Source: Candidatus Poribacteria bacterium (GTDB lineage Bacteria > Poribacteria > WGA-4E > WGA-3G). From it: 64,000 nucleotides of DNA. Position 1 is the stretch's first letter. Each line of letters opens with the position of its first letter. The stretch lies in NCBI GenBank assembly GCA_965197475.1, contig CBDANF010000002.1, forward strand, positions 512,001 to 576,000. The letters run 5' to 3'. A program made the translations under genes and the position numbers. Under the pieces are notes generated by a model. It saw nothing but the letters and a program-made list of their open reading frames with translations, did no database searches and was not told the origin of the DNA. Shown one piece after another: positions 59,641 through 64,000 of this stretch.

Positions 59641-62634
59641 CTACTTGGCGGAATTTTCTAAATCGTTTATTCCATTTTTTTGCCAATCATCGGTTTTCTG
59701 ATTCAACTTATCCATATCACCTGGTTGCTGAATATCCACGATAGTAGGCGTAATAATGAAGACAATCTCCGTATTTTCGACTTCGGTTTCGGTGCTTTTG
59801 AAAAGTCTTCCGAGCAAAGGAATATCGCCGAGAATGGGAACTTTGTTTTCCACCTGCTTATGTTTCTTTCGGATGATACCACCAACGATAAGCTGCTGCC
59901 CGTCCTCAATATCAATATAGACACTGAGAGAGTTATCCTCAGTTATCGGTGCGTTGAATTCCGTGAATTCAATAAAGTTGCTGGCACTGATATTCGTAAT
60001 ATCTAAGCCGATTGTCCGTTTTCCATTTTCTCCCGCTTGTGATCTTGCGATGTAAGGCGTGAGTGCGATGTTAATCCCGACTGGAGGATCAATAAAATCG
60101 TAGTTGAAGAGCGGCTGCGTAGCAGTTTCGCCAAGGATACTATTGGTATCAACACTCTGTAGGTATGGAATGCGCCGTCCACTACTCCATGTAGCGGGTC
60201 GGCTATCACGCGTAATGAGAGTTGGTCTTGAAAGCGTTTCGACTTTATTTTCACGAATTAGAGTGTGCAGGAGTGCCATGTATTCTTTGGTTGCCAAGCT
60301 GTAGTTAAAACCAGAGAATTCCTGACCGAGTCCGAGTTGTGCATTTGTATCCCCGATCAGCGGGTTGCCTGGACCGAGTTCAATACCACCGAGTCTCTTT
60401 TCATTGGCAGCCATTTCTATACCGAGTTTTGTAGTTTCATCAAGTGTAACTTCAAGAATTTTAATATCAATCCATACCTGTCCGCGAACAAAATCAAGTT
60501 GTTTGATAAGTGCTCTAACCTGTTCAAGATAGCGTCGTCGGGTTGTGACGACAAGCGAGTTGGTATCTGGATCGGCAAAGATAGTAACCTTGCCGTGTAA
60601 TGAATTGATGTCTGTCGGTTCGTCGCTGAAGGTTGATCGGAAAAATCGACTAAAACTAAACCCATCATCTTCTGATTGTGCATCTTGCCAAACTTGCGCG
60701 AGTACTTGCGCGATAGCATCGGCGGTTGCGTATTCAAGGCGAATTGTCTGCGTAACCTCTACCTGTTCTTCCGGTGTAGGTACGTCAATCTGTTTGATAA
60801 ATTCCCCAATTTTTTCAAAGTTGCGTTTTGTACCTGTAGATACGATAACAGCATTCAAGTTGACAAAGGGTTCGGCAGAAACCATGCCAGCAAGTGAACC
60901 TTGTGTCTGTGCAGATGTTGATCCACCTCTCTGTCGGAGATAAGAGAAGGGTGAGTAATAGTCATAGCGGCTTCTGCCACTGTCTGATGTTTCCCCTTTG
61001 TAATGTGTATTAAGCAGATTCGCGACATTTTCAGCGTCGGCGTATTTAAGGTAAAAGATCTGTGTGCCCCATTCCTGGTCGGGCATATTCACATCAAGTT
61101 TCTTGATTAAATCATCAATCAAGGGAAAATTCTGGGAAGCTGTGGATACGATCAAGGTATTGAGACGAGGTACAAAAACAATATGTACATTTCCCTGTAC
61201 CCCAAAACTACCGTCTTGAGTAGGTTCACGATCTCTCCGTTCCCACCAAGGACGATCTCTATCTTGTCCAGCACTACCACCTTCAAAGAGGTCTTGTAGA
61301 TTTGCTGCGAGGGCTTCAGCGTTTGCAAACTCAAGGAAATACATCTTGATCTCTTCTTGTGTCTGCTCTTGATCAAGTTCGTTAATGACCTTTTCAATGA
61401 TTGAGAAATTGCGTGGGTCTGAAGATACAACAACAATGTTTAACCTATCATTCCGTGAAACATTCACTGTTCCGACAATACCTTGATACATGCTACTTGA
61501 GTCGCCTCGTTCGCGCCGAAATGCGCGAATTTTCTCCATGTCCCATCTGTCATAGCGTCCCCCGCTACTCTGTGTGCTTTGTCCGGTAATGACCTCTTCA
61601 AGGGTTGTTGCGACATCTTCTGCTGGGGCATAGTTGAGGTGATATGTCCGAATTTCTGTCTGAAGAGTCGGAGCGATGTCAAGGTGGCGGACAATTTCTT
61701 TAAGAATAACAAGGTTGTCCTCGGTGGCTTTTAGAATGATGGAGTTTGAGTTTGAATCGCCCTCGACCTCGACCATTCCCTCAACCAATGGCACACTTAA
61801 GCCTTGTTCGAGTGCCTGCTTGATTTGATCTGGATCCATATCGACTTGCCCTTTAGGGGGTTTGTCATCTTCTTCGTTATTTTCAAATACTCTTTCGAGT
61901 GTTTCTTCCATAGCTTCAGCGTCTGCATAAGTTAATGGGATAATAGCGATCTGCAGTGGGAAACGCTCAGCTTCATCAGCAACTTGTAAAATCGAGACGA
62001 TTCTCCACACATTGGATGACACACCGGTAATGACGAGCGAATTCGTCATAGCGTCGGCAAAGATGTTTGCATGTCTGTTTAATAGAGGTTTTAGGGCATT
62101 AACTTGCTCTGATGCAGAAGCATTTTCTAGCTGGATAATGTAAGTCTGAATTTCATCGGTCATTTCAACCTGTTCCGGATCTGCTTGAATATGCTTCACA
62201 GGAACATTCATCACAGTAGCATTCTCAAAGGTTGTTACGATGAAAACACTATCGCTTTTAACCAAGGTTAAGTTGTACCGTGCAAGCACTGTCTTGATAT
62301 TCTCAATGACTTCATCAAGTGTGACATCATTGAGGTTAATCAATGCAAATTTTTTGCCTTGAATATCGTTTTCGCTTGCGAGAATGGCAAGGTCTGCTTC
62401 GCGAGAGAGCCACACCAATACGTTTTTGATTTCATCACTGGTAAAGTTGAAACTAAACCGTATTGCTTGTCCGGTTTCTTCATCCCGTTCAGTGACTTCC
62501 ATCTGTCCTCGCTGTTGTGCATATAACTGATCTTGTATCCCTACCAACAAACCGAGACATACCAGAACAATCAAGCAAATTTTATATTTTTGTGCCCACA
62601 TCAGGCAAACTGTATTCCTACATATTTTTATCAT
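59641..62634 (-). CDS. gspD: Type II secretion secretin GspD-like, with six Secretin_N-type repeats
   Basis: Repeated L.YA.A..., QVWIDIKILEV, GINIALTP, KVPILGDIPLLGRLFK...FIITPTI. Confidence 0.88.
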   Translation of the reverse strand: MIKICRNTVCLMWAQKYKICLIVLVCLGLLVGIQDQLYAQQRGQMEVTERDEETGQAIRFSFNFTSDEIKNVLVWLSREADLAILASENDIQGKKFALINLNDVTLDEVIENIKTVLARYNLTLVKSDSVFIVTTFENATVMNVPVKHIQADPEQVEMTDEIQTYIIQLENASASEQVNALKPLLNRHANIFADAMTNSLVITGVSSNVWRIVSILQVADEAERFPLQIAIIPLTYADAEAMEETLERVFENNEEDDKPPKGQVDMDPDQIKQALEQGLSVPLVEGMVEVEGDSNSNSIILKATEDNLVILKEIVRHLDIAPTLQTEIRTYHLNYAPAEDVATTLEEVITGQSTQSSGGRYDRWDMEKIRAFRRERGDSSSMYQGIVGTVNVSRNDRLNIVVVSSDPRNFSIIEKVINELDQEQTQEEIKMYFLEFANAEALAANLQDLFEGGSAGQDRDRPWWERRDREPTQDGSFGVQGNVHIVFVPRLNTLIVSTASQNFPLIDDLIKKLDVNMPDQEWGTQIFYLKYADAENVANLLNTHYKGETSDSGRSRYDYYSPFSYLRQRGGSTSAQTQGSLAGMVSAEPFVNLNAVIVSTGTKRNFEKIGEFIKQIDVPTPEEQVEVTQTIRLEYATADAIAQVLAQVWQDAQSEDDGFSFSRFFRSTFSDEPTDINSLHGKVTIFADPDTNSLVVTTRRRYLEQVRALIKQLDFVRGQVWIDIKILEVTLDETTKLGIEMAANEKRLGGIELGPGNPLIGDTNAQLGLGQEFSGFNYSLATKEYMALLHTLIRENKVETLSRPTLITRDSRPATWSSGRRIPYLQSVDTNSILGETATQPLFNYDFIDPPVGINIALTPYIARSQAGENGKRTIGLDITNISASNFIEFTEFNAPITEDNSLSVYIDIEDGQQLIVGGIIRKKHKQVENKVPILGDIPLLGRLFKSTETEVENTEIVFIITPTIVDIQQPGDMDKLNQKTDDWQKNGINDLENSAK

Positions 62635-63893
62635 TGATAAGCCCTCGCAATCATAAGAACATCCACATTTATTTTATTCTGTTTGTTATCAACGGAAATT
62701 TGGAGGTCTCTGACCATCAACCATTTAGTTTTGGTTTCAATTAATCGATTTAACTTAACGAGTTTATCAATTTCCGCTTTAAACTTTATTTTTACGGTAT
62801 AACTTTCAGGTGAATAGGTAGTGGGAGCCAATTGTAACTTCTTGGAAAGCTCTGCGATTTGGGATTGAATCAGTTCAAGGTATTCAAGGAGCTCTGTTGT
62901 GAGTTTTTCCTTGTTAAGTTCTCCCCCATCAACATCAATGAGATTTGTGAATTTGGCTAAAATCTGGCTATTTGGATGAAAGTTAATTTCAGTCGTCGGT
63001 TTTTTAGCACCGATGCCAAAAAACCCGGAGGTTGCCTCCTTTTGTGTTTTATAGAATTGGTTTTCAAACAGTGTTTTTTCAGCACCTACCAGGTGTTGTC
63101 CTATCATTGAAACAATAAGTTCAATGAGTTCAATTCGCATAGAACTTGGTATGGCTTCTGGAAGCGATGCGAATTCCCATTGGGATGCAGTATCTACCGA
63201 TTTCTCTGAATCTGTTTGATTTTTTTCGGACTCTTGAGGTTTTTCCGGTTCTTCAGCATCCTCTTTTTCTGTTAATTCCAAAAGATCACCAGAATCCGTA
63301 TGATTTTCATCAGACTTTTCTGATTTTTTCAGTTTTTCAGTATCTTCGTCTGTTTCGTCCAGCCAAGCGTCCATCAACATATCTATAGATGGTTCTTCGG
63401 CTTCCATTTCAGCTTGAATCGCAGCCTCAATTTCGGCATTGAGGGTATCACGCTCAGTTTCCAATTTTTTTTGATAGAGAAGAACAACCAAGTTTCGCCG
63501 TGCCTGCGGGGAGATTTTCTCCGATTTTTTGCCAGGCACAGGTTCCAAATTCAATTGGTAGTTCCGTGGGATACCGGCTTCTTTGACAATGGCATCAATT
63601 TTTTCACGGATAATCGTCTCAGGAAAATTTCCGTCAAAAATGGAGTCCGTTTTCTCTTTGTCGGCGAGTCCGGTTTTTTGATATAAACCTGGTTCAACGG
63701 GTTTCAGAATTTTGGATGCTGTTACCAAATCTTTAGATGTTTCTAAGGTTTGTCGCTTAGCCTCCATGGCGGGGTTAGAAATCAAGCCGTAAAGCCCTGG
63801 TCCCCATTGCGTCGCTATGGCAATGATAAGGACAATTGCCAGAATCCCAATCAAAATTTTGGTTTGTCTTGTAAGTTGAAGATTTAATTCCAC
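62631..63893 (-). CDS. Single-pass membrane protein, possible GspM/PilO-like partner with acidic insertion
   Basis: N-terminal TM; C-terminal VKIKF...L..IE...LMVRDLQI; ATGA overlap with the secretin. Confidence 0.65.
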   Translation of the reverse strand: MELNLQLTRQTKILIGILAIVLIIAIATQWGPGLYGLISNPAMEAKRQTLETSKDLVTASKILKPVEPGLYQKTGLADKEKTDSIFDGNFPETIIREKIDAIVKEAGIPRNYQLNLEPVPGKKSEKISPQARRNLVVLLYQKKLETERDTLNAEIEAAIQAEMEAEEPSIDMLMDAWLDETDEDTEKLKKSEKSDENHTDSGDLLELTEKEDAEEPEKPQESEKNQTDSEKSVDTASQWEFASLPEAIPSSMRIELIELIVSMIGQHLVGAEKTLFENQFYKTQKEATSGFFGIGAKKPTTEINFHPNSQILAKFTNLIDVDGGELNKEKLTTELLEYLELIQSQIAELSKKLQLAPTTYSPESYTVKIKFKAEIDKLVKLNRLIETKTKWLMVRDLQISVDNKQNKINVDVLMIARAYQ

Positions 63894-63959
63894 TTTTGTT
63901 TCCTTGCCTACTTTTGTAGGTTTACCTGCGCGACTGATTACAGTCTTAAGTAAGTTTGT

Positions 63960-64000
63960 TTATTTTTTCTGTTCTTCGTTTTCTTCAGTATCCTCTATTG
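63960..64000 (-). CDS. 3' end of an upstream gene (partial)
   Basis: ...IEDTEENEEQKK* read on the minus strand. Confidence 0.4.
   Translation of the reverse strand, partial: IEDTEENEEQKK

Noticed and set aside
1-64000. tRNA or rRNA genes
   Set aside because: No cloverleaf/T-loop or rRNA signature recognised by eye; tRNAscan-SE and barrnap would be decisive

Overview
Bacterial chromosome segment. Its gene content (WD40-cohesin-FlgD/T9SS-CTD secreted protein, PorV-like barrel, sulfatase, many GTAG-REPs, IS630/IS5/IS3) resembles Candidatus Poribacteria; this is an inference. Housekeeping and envelope genes (rsgA, uppS-like, thrB, aminotransferase, pcm, sppA, ubiA/ubiX, GspD-like secretin) alternate with accessory islets. 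The islets are: (i) an AT-rich three-gene operon (TIGR04255 protein, small acidic protein, MazF/PemK-topology protein); (ii) a solo terminase large subunit with an NQ Walker B, bracketed by REP-carrying MITEs and next to an MTase-HNH fusion and a DUF2971 gene; (iii) a type IIG RM fusion coupled to an OLD-like ABC-ATPase-TOPRIM gene; (iv) a DUF433/DUF5615 toxin-antitoxin pair. Other oddities are a full-length P-type ATPase missing essentially all catalytic and ion-binding motifs, a trypsin protease fused to a holin-like domain, and a MITE family with 9-10 bp target duplications carrying variable REP cargo. No rRNA, tRNA, CRISPR array or reverse transcriptase was seen. All family calls come from recalled motifs; no database searches were run.
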